Made by a program: the position numbers and the translations under genes. Source: Mustelus asterias (Eukaryota). From it: a DNA stretch of 64,000 nt. The DNA lies in assembly GCF_964213995.1 (NCBI RefSeq), contig NC_135808.1:83824001-83888000 (forward strand), written 5' to 3'. Position 1 is the stretch's first letter; each line of letters begins with the position of its first letter. Below are positions 1 to 10,974 of the stretch, in pieces. The notes under the pieces are model-generated. The model made no database searches, was not told the DNA's origin, and saw only the letters and a list, made by a program, of their open reading frames with translations.

Positions 1-160
1 TCACTAAGTCCACTTTCCTACCTTATCTCCATAACTCTTAATTCCCCTATTGATTAAAAAACTAACGACCTCAACCCTGAAAATGTTCTAGGACTCAGCC
101 TCCACAGTTTCCTGGATAAAGAATTCCAAAGATTCACCACTCTTTGAGAAAATAAATTCT
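1..160 (-). mobile_element. CR1-type LINE 3' end fragment
   Basis: The reverse complement encodes FSQRVVNLWNSL, the CR1 ORF2 C-terminal motif (compare FCTQRVVGAWNSLPG in ORF 8617-9705), followed by 3' UTR-like sequence. Confidence 0.8.
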
Positions 161-163
161 GAC

Positions 164-1060
164 GGAATGGGTGACCACCAGGCAGAGCAAGAGGATGAGG
201 CAGGAGTGCATGAATCTCCGTGGCTTTTCCCCTTCAAAACTGATATACCGTTTTGGATACTGTTGAGGGGAATGGCCTCTCTGGGGATAAGAGCAGCAGC
301 CAAATTTGTAGCACCATAGTTGGCTCTACTGCACAGGGGAGGGGCAAAAGGCATAGACAATGCCTCGGGGATTCAATTGTGAGTAAAAAGGTTAGGCATT
401 TCTGTGGCCGCAAAAGAGACTCCTACCTGGTACTATGATCAAGGATGTCTCAGAATGATTGCAGGACATTCTGAAGGGGGTGGATAAAGAGCCCGTTGTC
501 GTAATACACATTGATACAAACGACACAGGTAAAAAATGGGATGAGGTCCTAAAAGCAGAATATAGGGAGCCAGGAAGCAAGTTGAAAAGTAGGATCTCAA
601 AGCTCATTCTTTCAGGATTATTACTAGTGCCACATGCTGGTCAGAGTAGAAACAGCAAGATACATAGGATGACTACATAGCTGAAAAGATGGTATGAGGG
701 GGAGGGTTTCAGATTCCTGGGGTATTGGGACTGGTTCTGGGGGAGGTGGGACCTTTGCAAACTGGTATATCTGTTTTGCAGGGGAAAAGCCACAGGAGAT
801 TCATGTACTCCTGCCTAGTCCTCTTGCTTTTATCCCCTGAGAGGCCATTCCCCTCCACAGTATCCAAAACGGTATATCTGTTTTGCAGGGGGAAAGCCAC
901 AGGAGATTCATGCAGTCCTGCCTAGTCCTCTTGCTCTGCCTGGTGGTCACCCATTCCCTCCTGGGCAGGACTGGGACTAATGTCATGGGGTGGCAAGGGA
1001 GATGGGGGGGGGGGGTGCTTTCTAATGTGGTTGGGAGGGTTTAAATTAATATGGCAGGGG
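164..1060 (+). pseudogene. CR1 ORF1 remnant (SGNH esterase-like)
   Basis: Motifs GDSIV (ORF 253-438) and VVVIHIDTND plus ILSGLL (ORF 459-680) match SGNH blocks known in CR1 ORF1p. Broken by frameshifts and an inverted insert. Confidence 0.75.
764..965 (-). repeat. Inverted duplication of ~164-293 with an internal direct repeat (764-826 ~ 871-935)
   Basis: Minus-strand ORF 709-900 contains DTVEGNGLSGDKS, as does plus-strand ORF 253-438. The DNA match is directly visible. Confidence 0.85.
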
Positions 1061-2771
1061 GGATGGAAACTAATGTAAGGATTCAGATCAGGGATAGTCA
1101 AAAACAAAAGGAAAAGACAACAAGGATAATAAGAAAAGTGATGGGCAGCAAAATCAAGGGGCAGAATTAAATAAGGACACAGTAAAAAATAGTTGGAACG
1201 GGACAAGGAATGTTAAAAGGTCTAGCCTTAAGGTTTTGTGCTTGAACGTTTGGACCTCTCAAAATAAAATGAATGAATTAGTTGTGCAGATAGATGTAAT
1301 GGGATATGATATACTTGGGACTACAGAGCCATTGCACCAAGGTGACCAAGCATGGGAACTAAACATTGAGGGATATTCAATGTTTAGGAAGGGCAGGCAG
1401 AAAGGAAAAGGTGGTGAAGCTGCATTGTTGATTAAAGAAGATATTGATACAATATTGAGGAAAAATATTAGCATAGATGATGTGGAATCTGTATGGATCA
1501 TGTTAAGAAACACCAAGGGGCAGAAAACATTTGTGTAGTGGTATACAGACCACCGAACTATAGTGGTAATGTTGGGAATAGCACTAGACTGGAAATCAAA
1601 GATGTATGTGATCTGGAACATCTGTGATTACAGGTGACTTTAATCCACATATTGATTGGGTGAGTTAAATTATTCACAGCACAATAGAAGAGGAATTTCT
1701 AGAGTGTATACGGGATGATTTTCTGGACCAGTATGTTGAGGAACCAACAAGGGAACAGGCCATCTTGGACTGCGTATTGTGCAATGAGAAAGGATCATTT
1801 GGCAATCTAGTTGTGAAAGAACCCTTAGGGATGAGTGACTATAATATAATAGAATTCTTTAGCGAGGTGGATAGTGAGGAAGTTGATTCTGTGACCAGGG
1901 TCCTCAATCTCAGTAAAGGTAACTATGATGGTATGAGGCATGAGCTGTCTATGATGGACTGGGAAACATTACTTAAAGGAAAGACAGTGGACAGGCAATG
2001 ACAGGCATTCAAGAAATGAATAGGTGAACTCCAAAAGTTGTTTATTCCTATTTGGCGCAAAAGTGGAACGGGAATTGTGGGCAAACCATGGCTTACAAGG
2101 GAAATTAGAGATAGTATTAGATTCAAAGAAGGAGCATACGAATTGGCAAGAAAAAGCAATAGACCTGAGGATTGGGAGCAGTTTAAAATTCCGCAAAGGC
2201 GGACCAAGGGATTGATTAAGAAGGAGAAAATAGAATATAAAAGTCAGATAGCAGGGAGCATAAAAACTGATTGTAAAAGTTTCTGTAGGTATTTAAAGAG
2301 AAAAAGATTGACAAAAATTAATGTAGGCCCCTTACAGTCAGAAATGGGAAATTCATAACAGGGAACAAAGAAATGGCTGAGGAGTTAAATTCATACTTTG
2401 ATTTTGTCTTCACAGAGGAAGACATGAATAATCTACCAGAAGTTTTGAGAAGCACAAGTTTTAGTGAGGAGCGGAAGGAAATCAGTATTAGCAGAGAAAT
2501 AGCTTTGAGGAAATTAATGGAATTGAAGGTGGATAAATCTCCAGGGCCTAATAATCTTTATTCCAGAGTTCTTCAGGAAGTGACCTTAGAAATAGTAGAT
2601 CCATTTGTGGTCATTTTCCAAAATTCTTTGGACTCTGGAATGGTTCCTGCAGATTGGAGGGTAGCTAATGTAAGCCCGCTATTCAAAAAGGGAGGTAGAG
2701 AGAAAACAGGAAACTATAGACTTGTGAGCCTAACGTCAGTAGTAGGAAAGTTGCTAGAGTCCATTATCAAG

Positions 2772-2982
2772 CAAAAGTCCAACAGGTTCATTTGGAATCA
2801 TGAGCTTTTGGAGCGCTGCTCCTTCACCAGATGACTCCTATTCCTCAGCCATTTCACTCACCTGATGAAGGAGCAGTGCTCTGAAAGCTAGTGATTCCAA
2901 ATAAACCTGTTGGACTTTAACCTGGTGCTGTGAGACTTCTTACTGTGCCTACCCCAGTCCAATGCCGGCATCTCCACAGCAT
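2772..2982 (+). mobile_element. Non-autonomous Penelope-derived hairpin element (pLTR fragment plus inverted partial copy)
   Basis: Flanked by the 13-bp TSD GTCCATTATCAAG (2759-2771, 2983-2995). Matches the pLTR at ~55636-55770. Arms ~2774-2834 and ~2858-2918 are inverted repeats. Confidence 0.9.
2858..2894 (+). ncRNA. Minimal type I hammerhead ribozyme motif
   Basis: TCAC-CTGATGA-A-GGAGC agt GCTCT-GAAA-GCTA-GTGA: intact CUGAUGA and GAAA core, stem II, stem I (TCAC/GTGA) and a palindromic AGCT in place of stem III. Confidence 0.8.
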
Positions 2983-4365
2983 GTCCATTATCAAGGATTG
3001 CATAGCACAGAATTTGGAAAGCAATGGTATAATCAGACAAGTCAGCATCGATTAAGAAAAGGAAATCATGCTTGACAAATCTACTGGAATTCTTTGAGGA
3101 TGTAACGAGTAGAGTTGACCGAGGAAAACCAATGGATGTGGATTATTTAGACTTTCAGAAGGTTTTCGACAAGGGCTCACATAGCAGATTACCATGTAAA
3201 GTTATGGGATTGCTGGTAGTGTCCGAAGATGGATGGAAAGCTGGTTGGCAGTCAGAAAGCAAAGAATTGGAATAACTGGGTCTTTTTCTGACTGGCAGGC
3301 AATGACGAATGGGGTACCGCAGGAATCTGTGCTCGGACTCCAACTGTTCACATTATATATTAATGATTTGGATGAGGGAACTAAATGTATTATCTCAAAA
3401 TTTGCTGATGATATAAAATTGAGTGGGAGGGTGAGCTGTGAGGAGGATGCAAACATGCTTCAGTGTGATTTGGACAGGCTGCGTGTGTGGGCATATGCAC
3501 GGCAGATGCAGTAAAATGTGGATAAATGTGAGGTTATCCACTTTTGTAGCAAAAATAGGAAGGCAGATTATTATTTGAATGGGTGTAAATTGAGAGAGGT
3601 GTATATTCAGCGAGACCTTGGTGTGTATCAGTTACTGACAGTAAACACACAGGTACAGCAGGCAATAAAGAAGGCAAATGGTATGTTGGCCTTCATAGCA
3701 AGAGGATTTGAGTATAGGAATAAGGATGTTTTACTGTAACTGTATAGGGTATTGGTGAGGCCACACCTGGAATATTGTGTGCAGTTTTGGTGTTGTTATC
3801 TGAGGAAGGATATAGAGGGAGCACAGAAAATATATATCAGATTGATTCCTGGGATGACAGGACTGTCATATGAGGAGAGTTTAAATCAGTTAGGATTATA
3901 TTCATTGTAGTTTAGAAGTGTAGGAGTGATCTCATAGAAGATTCTAAAATTCTAACAGGATTAGACAGGGTAGACTTGGAAAAAATGTTCCTGATGGTGG
4001 GGGAGTCCGGAGCTAGGAGTCATAGTTGAGGATAAGGGGTAACTTTTAGGACTAAGGTTGGGAGAGATTTCTTCACCCATAGAATTGGGAATCTGTGGAA
4101 TTCACTAGCACAGAGAATAGTTGAGGCCAAAATGTTGTGTGATTTTGTTGAGGTGGCCCCAGAGTAAAGACACGTGCAATACATATAATTAGATAAATTC
4201 TATTTCATGCTAGCAATATATATGGTACTAATCAAAATGGAGTATAATAGTTTGAGAGGCATCATGGGGCTAACTGACTAGCTAACTTGACCATATTCCA
4301 GGGGCTATTCATTAATACAGTAATAGAAAACAGCTCATTCAGCAAAGCCTCTCACTTTAGCTGCC

Positions 4366-5456
4366 ACGGACCCAATGATTCTCGACTATGAAAGAGGCAA
4401 AACTACTGGAGTAGGGATGGTCCTAATGATTCCTGTAGTCACCCAGGCCTCAGGACCATTCCCGCAGTACCAACAAGAACAGGTATTGCAGGTGTCTTTA
4501 TCCTGGGCCTACCTCAACAAAATCACACAACAGTTTGGCCTCAACTATTTTCTGTGATAGTGAATTCCACAGATACACAACTGTCTGGGTGAAGAAATCT
4601 TTCCCCACCTTGGTCCTAAAAGGTTTACCCCTTATTGTGTGAGGCAATACCTCCCTCCGATACTATCTGACCGAAACGTCTGCCATACCAAGGAATAACA
4701 CACTGTATGGGATTTTCCTCACTGGGTGTAAACAACAGGGTGGTATTACGGTGTGTCCTCACCCAGTGGGGAGGGGGAGCTGGATAAATGTGGATTTAAT
4801 CGTGCTGAGGGTTGTGTCTTAGAGATTGAACCTGCTCCCATGCGTTTTGCCAGGACTGGTTACGGGGGCGAAATTACTGCATCTTGACCCCTGAAGAATC
4901 ATATTGTTACAGTAGTTTGCGTTGCCCTATTCCATATCCAAATTTTTGCTTTACCCTCCACGACTAGTCAACTTAGGACGAGCCCGATTAGTCCATGTTA
5001 AACACCGAAAAATGGAAACTATTAATGCCATGGATCAGCTCCATGACCATTTACGAGATAACGGAAAGCCAGAACGAACTCTTTTGCCACATTTAGCTGA
5101 GGTAGTAAAGGAACTGAGACTTTGGGTTGGCCAGTCAGTAAAACTCTACCACAAACTGCAGACTAAAATTAAAAGCCTGGAGCAGGATATCTACCAGAGC
5201 TGGTAGGAAAGGGTATGGGACTGGGGAATGAACATGAATATTCATCCTTGGATTCAGAGAATATCACATATATTAATAGGGGTACAGCTCGTCTTGTCAC
5301 TAGCTTGGGGTGTGCCAGCATGTCGATCATGAGGACAATATATTTTACAAAAGAAGGCTGCAGCTAGGATCAAAGAGAATAGACGGGTATTTACATCAGA
5401 AGGACATATTATTTTGGGACACATTAATTTGATCTTAGACAATTGGAATTCCTGAA
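4366..5456 (+). pseudogene. Frameshifted envelope / fusion glycoprotein-like C-terminal remnant
   Basis: Manual translation across frameshifts gives a Cys-rich segment (GCKQQGGITVCPHPV..DKCGFNRAEGCVLEI..NYCILTPEESYCYSSLRCPIPYPNFCF), a helical heptad-like stretch (ORF 4922-5206), a Trp-rich W*ERVWDW, a hydrophobic ILIGVQLVLSLAWGV and a basic tail. It lies directly upstream of the PPT. Confidence 0.55.
4483..4635 (-). repeat. Inverted copy of 4032-4182 spanning the CR1/LTR junction
   Basis: The reverse complement reads ataaggggtaaacctttagg...gttgaggccaaactgttgtgtgattttgttgaggtaggccc...gcaatac, matching 4032-4182. Confidence 0.9.
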
Positions 5457-5573
5457 ATCACGCGATTGGCCAGCACGTCAGAGGCAGGAAATACCCGGCA
5501 ATTACGAAAAATAGGTTAAACTAATGGTGTCAGTTAATAGTACTAGGGCTAGTCCATTATGAAAAGGGGAGAT

Positions 5574-6144
5574 TGTTAAGGTGGGCCCAGGCTAAAGGCA
5601 CCTGCAATACATATAATTAAATATATATGATATCAAAATGGAGTATAATAGTTTGAGAGGCATCGTGGAGCGAGCTGACTAAATTGACCACATTCCAGGC
5701 GATATTCAGTAATACAGACACAGAAAACAACTTGCTCAGCAGGGCCTCCCACTTTAGCTGCCTCTAAGTCATTGTTAACAGCTCACGAGACAGAGACAAA
5801 GGACCTTTTGTCAAAGTAGAGAGAAGGCCCAAGGACAGTTCATAAAGGGGTCTGGAAAATATGAGAAAGGACACCTATCTGTTAATGAGCGGATTACACA
5901 GCCTCAGGATGCCCAGTTACTAATTTTATTGGACCGATATGTACTGTATGTAATCTGTAACTTTTATGATTGGATTGTGTCCAGCCAGGATGGACTGAGT
6001 TGCTGTGCAAGAATTAATGATTTTCTTTCTTTGGTGGCATTGCACATGGTCTAACCTATGGCTTCTCCCCACCAGCATAATTCAATAAACTGTTTGTTGA
6101 TTGAATCAGATTTGAATGTTGAATGCTTGTTTTGAGTTCATTCA
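5574..6144 (+). repeat. 3' LTR of the 4146-6144 element
   Basis: Starts TGTTAAG right after the PPT, has AATAAA at ~6084 and ends TTCA before the TSD. Confidence 0.8.
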
Positions 6145-8298
6145 ATTTCAAGAAGGAATTAGATATAGCTCTTGCGTTAAAGGGATCAAGGAATTTGGGG
6201 GAAGGCAGGATCATGGTATTGATCAGCCATGATCATAATGAATGCGGAGAAGGCTCAAAGGGCTGAATGGCCCACTCCTGCTTCTATTTTATATGTATGT
6301 TTCTATGCTTCTAATCATAATATCTCTTTCTTTAAATAAGGGGACCAAAAGTGAACACAGTATTCTAAATGAGGCCTCATAAGTACTTTGTACAGTTGGA
6401 GCAATGCCTCTTTACTTTTATACTCCACATCCCCCCCACACCCAAATATAAGACAGCATTCCATATGCTTTTTCTGTTATCTTCTGCTAGCTTTCTGGGT
6501 TTCATGAACAAGGACAACTAAGTTCCTTTGTGCTATAACTTTCTGCAGTCTCTCCATATAAATAATAATCAGCTTTTTCATTTTTTCTTCCAAAATGAAC
6601 AATCTTACATTTTTCCACATTGAATTCCATGTGCCAATTTTCTGCCCACTCACTTCACCCGTCCACATCTCTCTGTAAACTATTTGTATCCTCCTTACAA
6701 TCTGCCTTCTCTCCCACCATTGTATCATCCACAAATTTGGCCACAGTGCACTCTGTTCCTTCCTCCAAATCATTAATACATATTGTGAAGAGTTGTGGTC
6801 CTAGGACTGATTTCCTGTAGCACTCCACTGCTTACAACCCTCCAACCTGAGAAAACCCCCCTTGTTGCTACTCACTACTTCCTTTTAGTTAGCCAATTCT
6901 ATATCCATGCCAGAAGGTTACCTCTAACTCCATCAGCTCCTATCTTGCATAGTGGCACCTTATCAAATGCCTTTTCAAAATCCAAATATACAACATTGTC
7001 TGGTTCTCCTCTATCTATTCTGGCTGATACCACCTCAATGAACTCTGGTAAATTTGTCAGACATGATTTCCCCTTCATGTTGACAATGTTGACTCTGCTT
7101 GATCAGATGCACTTACCAAATGCAGTTCTATTTTCTCCTCAATAATCGGTTCTAATATTTTTCCAATAACTGAAGTTTGACTAACTGGCCTATAGTTTCC
7201 TGCATTCTGCCTCCTTCCCATTTTGAACAAGGGTACTACGTTGGCACTACATTTTGACAAGGTGTAAAAGGAACAGGGTTGTTGTGGTGGGAGATTTTAA
7301 CTTCTCCTATATTGACTGGGACTCACTTAGTGCTAGGGGCGTGGATGGGACAGAGTTTGTAAGGAGCATCCAGGAGGGCTTCTTGAAACAGTATGTAGAT
7401 AGTCCAACTTGGGAAGGGACCATACTGGATCTGGTATTGGGGAATGAGTCCGGCCAGGTGGTCAATGTTTCAGCAGGGGAGCAGTTTGGGAACAGTGACC
7501 ACAATTCCGTAAGCTTTAAGGTACAGATGGATAAAGATAAATATAGTCTTCAAGTTAAGGTGCTAAATTGGGGGAAGGCTAGTTGCAACAATATTAGGCA
7601 GGAACTGAAGAATGTAGATTGGGGGCAGATGTTTGAGGGCAAATCAACATCTGGCATGTGGGAGGCTTTCAAGTGTAAGTTGATAGGAATTCAGGACCAG
7701 CACCCCCTGTAAGGATGAAGGATAAGTGTGGCAAGTTTTGGGAACCTTAGATAACGAGAGATATTGTGAGCCTAGTCAAAGAGAAAAAGGAAGCATTTGT
7801 CAAAGCTTGGAGGCTGGGAACACACGAAACAAGTGTGGAATATAAGGAAAGTAGAAAGAAACTTAAGCAAGGAGTAAGGAGGGCTATAAGGAGTCACGAA
7901 AAAGCATTGGCCAGGAGCATTAAGGAAAGTCCCAAGGCTCTTTATACATACATAAAGAGCAAGAGGGTAGCCAGGGAGAGGGTTGGCCCACTCAAGGATG
8001 AGGGAGGGAATCTATGTGTGGAGCCAGAGGAAATGGGCAAGGTATTAAATGAGTACTTTGTGTCAGTATTCACCAAAGAAAAGGACTTGGTGGATGATGA
8101 GTCTGGGAACGGGTGTGTAGATAGTTTGAGTCATGTTGAGATCAAAAAGGAGGAGGTATTGGGGTTCTTGAGAAACATTAAGGAAGACAAGTCCCCAGGG
8201 CCTGATGAGATATACCACAGAATACTGAGAGAGGCAAGGGAGGAAATTGCTGGGGCCTTGACAGAAATCTTTGTATCCTCCTGGCTACAGGGGAGGTC

Positions 8299-8406
8299 AT
8301 GATGTGGATTTCCACTCCATCTGACGAAGGAGCAGCGCTCCGGAAGCTAGTGGCGTTTGCTACCAAATAAACCTGTTGGACTTTAACCTGGTGTTGTTAG
8401 ACTCCT
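8299..8406 (+). mobile_element. 108-bp Penelope pLTR-derived insert with a mutated hammerhead
   Basis: ~13-bp TSD TACA(G/A)GGGAGGTC (8286-8298, 8407-8419). Contains CTGACGA-A-GGAGC agc GCTCC-GGAA-GCTA-GTG at 8321-8352 (GAAA changed to GGAA). Starts with 10 nt of the inverted pLTR end (ATGATGTGGA). Confidence 0.85.
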
Positions 8407-8616
8407 TACAAGGGAGGTCCCAGAGGATTGGAGAATAGCCAATGTTTTTCCTTTGTTTAAGAAGAGTAGCAAGAATAATCCAGGTAATTACAGGCCGGTG
8501 AGCCTTACATCAGTGGTAGGGAAATTATTGGAGAGGATTCTTCGAGACAGGATTTATTCCCACTTGGAAATAAGTGGACGTATTGGTGAGAGGCAAGTGA
8601 GAGGCAACATGGTTTT

Positions 8617-9705
8617 GTGAAGGGGAGGTCGTGTCTCACGAACTTGATCGAGTTTTTCGAGGAAGGGATGAAGATGGTTGATGAGGGTAGGGCAGTGGAT
8701 GTTGTCTACATAGACTTCAGTAAGGCCTTTGACAAGGCCCCTCATGGCAGACTGGTGCAGAAGGTGGAGTTGCATGGGATCAGAGGTGAGCTAGCAAGGT
8801 GGATACAAAACTGGCTCGGTCAAAGAAGACAGAGGGTAGCAGTGGAAGGGTGTGTTTATGAATGGAGGGCTGTGACAAATGGCGTTCCTCAGGGATCAGT
8901 GCTGGGACCTTTGCTGTTTGTAATATATATAAATGATTTGGAGAAAAACGTAACTGGTTTGATTAGTAAGTTTGTGGACGACACAAAGGTTGGTGGATTT
9001 GTGGATAGTGATGAGGACCATCAGAGGATACAGCAGGATATAGATCAGTTGGAGACTTGGGTGGAGAGATGGCAGATGGAGTTTAATCTGGACAAATGTG
9101 AGGTAATGCATTTTGGAAGGTCTAATACATATAGGAAATATACAGTAAATGACAGAACCCTTAAGACTATTGATATGCAAAGGGATCTGGGTGTACAGGT
9201 ACACAGGTCACTGAAAGTGGCAATGCAGGTGGAGAAGGTAGTCAAGAAGGCATACGGCATGCTTGCCTTCATCGGCCGGGGCATTGAGTTTAAAAATTGG
9301 CAAGTCATGTTGCAGCTTTATAGAACCTTAGTTAGGCTGCACTTGGAATATAGTGTTCAATTTTGGTCACCACACTACCAGAAGGATGTGGAGGCTTTGG
9401 AGAGGGTACAGAAAAGATTTACCTGGATGTTGCCTGTTATGGAGGGCAATAGTTATGAGGAGAGCTTGGAGAAACTCGGTTTGTTCTCACTGGAGCGACA
9501 GAGGTTGAGGGGCGACCTGATAGAAGTCTACAAGATTATGAGAGGCATGGACAGAGTGGATAGTCAAAAGCTTTTTCCCAGGGTGGAAGAGTCAATTACT
9601 AGGGGGCACAGGTTTAAGATGCAAGGGACAAGGTTTAAAAGAGATGTACGAGGCAGATTTTGTACACAGAGAGTAGTGGGTGCCTGGAACTCGTTGCCGG
9701 GGTAG
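8617..9705 (+). CDS. Open portion of CR1 ORF2 reverse transcriptase (362 aa; fragment of a truncated element)
   Basis: SCLTNL, YIDFSKAFD, GVPQGSVLGPLLF, FVDDTK and LEYSVQFWSP motifs. Confidence 0.85.
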   Translation: MKGRSCLTNLIEFFEEGMKMVDEGRAVDVVYIDFSKAFDKAPHGRLVQKVELHGIRGELARWIQNWLGQRRQRVAVEGCVYEWRAVTNGVPQGSVLGPLLFVIYINDLEKNVTGLISKFVDDTKVGGFVDSDEDHQRIQQDIDQLETWVERWQMEFNLDKCEVMHFGRSNTYRKYTVNDRTLKTIDMQRDLGVQVHRSLKVAMQVEKVVKKAYGMLAFIGRGIEFKNWQVMLQLYRTLVRLHLEYSVQFWSPHYQKDVEALERVQKRFTWMLPVMEGNSYEESLEKLGLFSLERQRLRGDLIEVYKIMRGMDRVDSQKLFPRVEESITRGHRFKMQGTRFKRDVRGRFCTQRVVGAWNSLPG

Positions 9706-10974
9706 GTAGTGGAAGCAGATACGGTAGTGACTTTTAAGGGGCATCTTGACAAATACCTGAATAGAATGGGAATAGAGGGATATGGTCCCTGGAAGGATAG
9801 GGGGTTTTAGTTAAGTCGGGCAGCATGGTCGGTGCAGGCTTGGAGGGCCGAAGGGCCTATTTCTGTGCTGTAATTTTCTTTGCTCTTTGTTCTTTGTACA
9901 TTTGGGTACTACATTGGTCCTACATTTCCTAATCCTTTGGCACAGTTCCAGAATCCAAGGAATTTTGTAAAATTACTACCAATGCATCTGTGATCTCTGT
10001 AGCTACATCCTTTAAGACCCTAGGGTGCAAACCATCAGCTCCATGGGCCATGTCAGGCTGTAACCCCATTAGTTTGCCTAAAATTCTCTGGTGATGATGA
10101 CTTTATTTAATTCCTTCCCCTGCCCCCACATTTTTTTTTACTATTTCTGGGATCCTTATAGTATCGTTGACAGTAAAGACCAATACAAAATATCTGCCTA
10201 ACTCATTTACCATTTCCTTGTTCCCCATAATTACTTCCCTGGTTTCATTCTCCAAGGGGCCAGTAATTTCTTTTACTCATTTCTTCCTTTTAATGTACTT
10301 TTAAAAAACTCTTATTGTCTGTTTCTATGTTTCTCACTAGCTTTGCCCTCATAGTTTATTTTCTCTTGCCTGAATAATTTTAGTCCATCTTTGCAGAATT
10401 CTAAATCTATTGAACTCTTCTGGCCTACCACTAACCTTTGCCAGCTTATATATTTCCGCTTTCACATTAGTGCCCACCTTAATTTCCTTGGTTATCCATG
10501 GTAGGTTCTTCCTCCCATTAGAGTCTTTCCTCCTCATTGGGATGTATTTTTGCTCGGTGTCATGAATTATCTCCCTAAGTGTCTGCCACTGCTCATCTAT
10601 TGTTTTGTCTACTAATCTATATGACCAGTCCACTTTGGCCAATCCCATCCTCATACCTTTGTAATTCACCTTTTTATGTTTAACACTAATATTTCAGTCC
10701 CAATGAGCTCACACTAAAGCTGAATGCTAAATTCTAACATGCTGTGATCACTTCTTCCTAGGGGACCCTTAACCTTGAAATCATTTATTAAATCTATCTT
10801 ATTACACATTATCAGATACAAAATAGCCTGATTCCTAGTTGGCTCCATAACAAATTGCTCCAATAAACCATCCTGAAAGCACTCCATGAATTCATTCTCT
10901 TGGCTGCCATTTCCAATATGATTAGCACAATCTATATGAAAATTAAAGTCGCCCATGATAATCTAACATTGATA

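Larger units (their letters stand above)
1236..4140 (+). pseudogene. CR1 ORF2 remnant (APE endonuclease + reverse transcriptase)
   Basis: CLN..YDILGTTE (APE); KSPGP, NYRLVSLTSVVGKLLE, YLDFQKVFDK, GVPQESVLG and FADDIK (RT). Many stops and frameshifts. Confidence 0.9.
4146..6144 (+). mobile_element. Internally deleted LTR retroelement (partial 5' LTR, env-like remnant, PPT, full 3' LTR)
   Basis: TG...CA ends and a 4-bp TSD ATTT (4142-4145, 6145-6148) splitting the CR1. 4146-4365 repeats the start of 5574-6144. Polypurine tract GAAAAGGGGAGAT at 5561-5573. Confidence 0.85.
161..6313 (+). mobile_element. Near full-length, degenerate CR1 LINE, interrupted by inserts at 764-965, 2772-2982 and 4146-6144
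   Basis: Collinear ORF1 (esterase-like), APE endonuclease and RT fragments. The 3' UTR resumes at 6145 and ends in a tatgt/ttctatg microsatellite-like tail. Confidence 0.9.
7255..9896 (+). mobile_element. Younger 5'-truncated CR1 LINE
   Basis: APE C-terminal half (VVVGDFN, GNSDHNSV), linker, RT, 3' UTR and a (TTCTTTG)n-like tail. Candidate TSD TACATTT (7248-7254, 9897-9903). Confidence 0.92.
6314..10960 (-). mobile_element. Degenerate CR1 LINE (ORF2), split by the younger CR1 at 7255-9896
   Basis: Minus-strand ORFs include MGDFNF..LGRSDHSML (10714-10956), PWITKEIK (10349-10669) and NVVPLFK..NYRPVS (7075-7260); RT remnants continue to ~6320. Confidence 0.85.

Noticed and set aside
8321-8352. 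Hammerhead motif as a functional ribozyme
   Set aside because: The conserved GAAA box reads GGAA, so it is probably inactive. Reported only as part of the insert.
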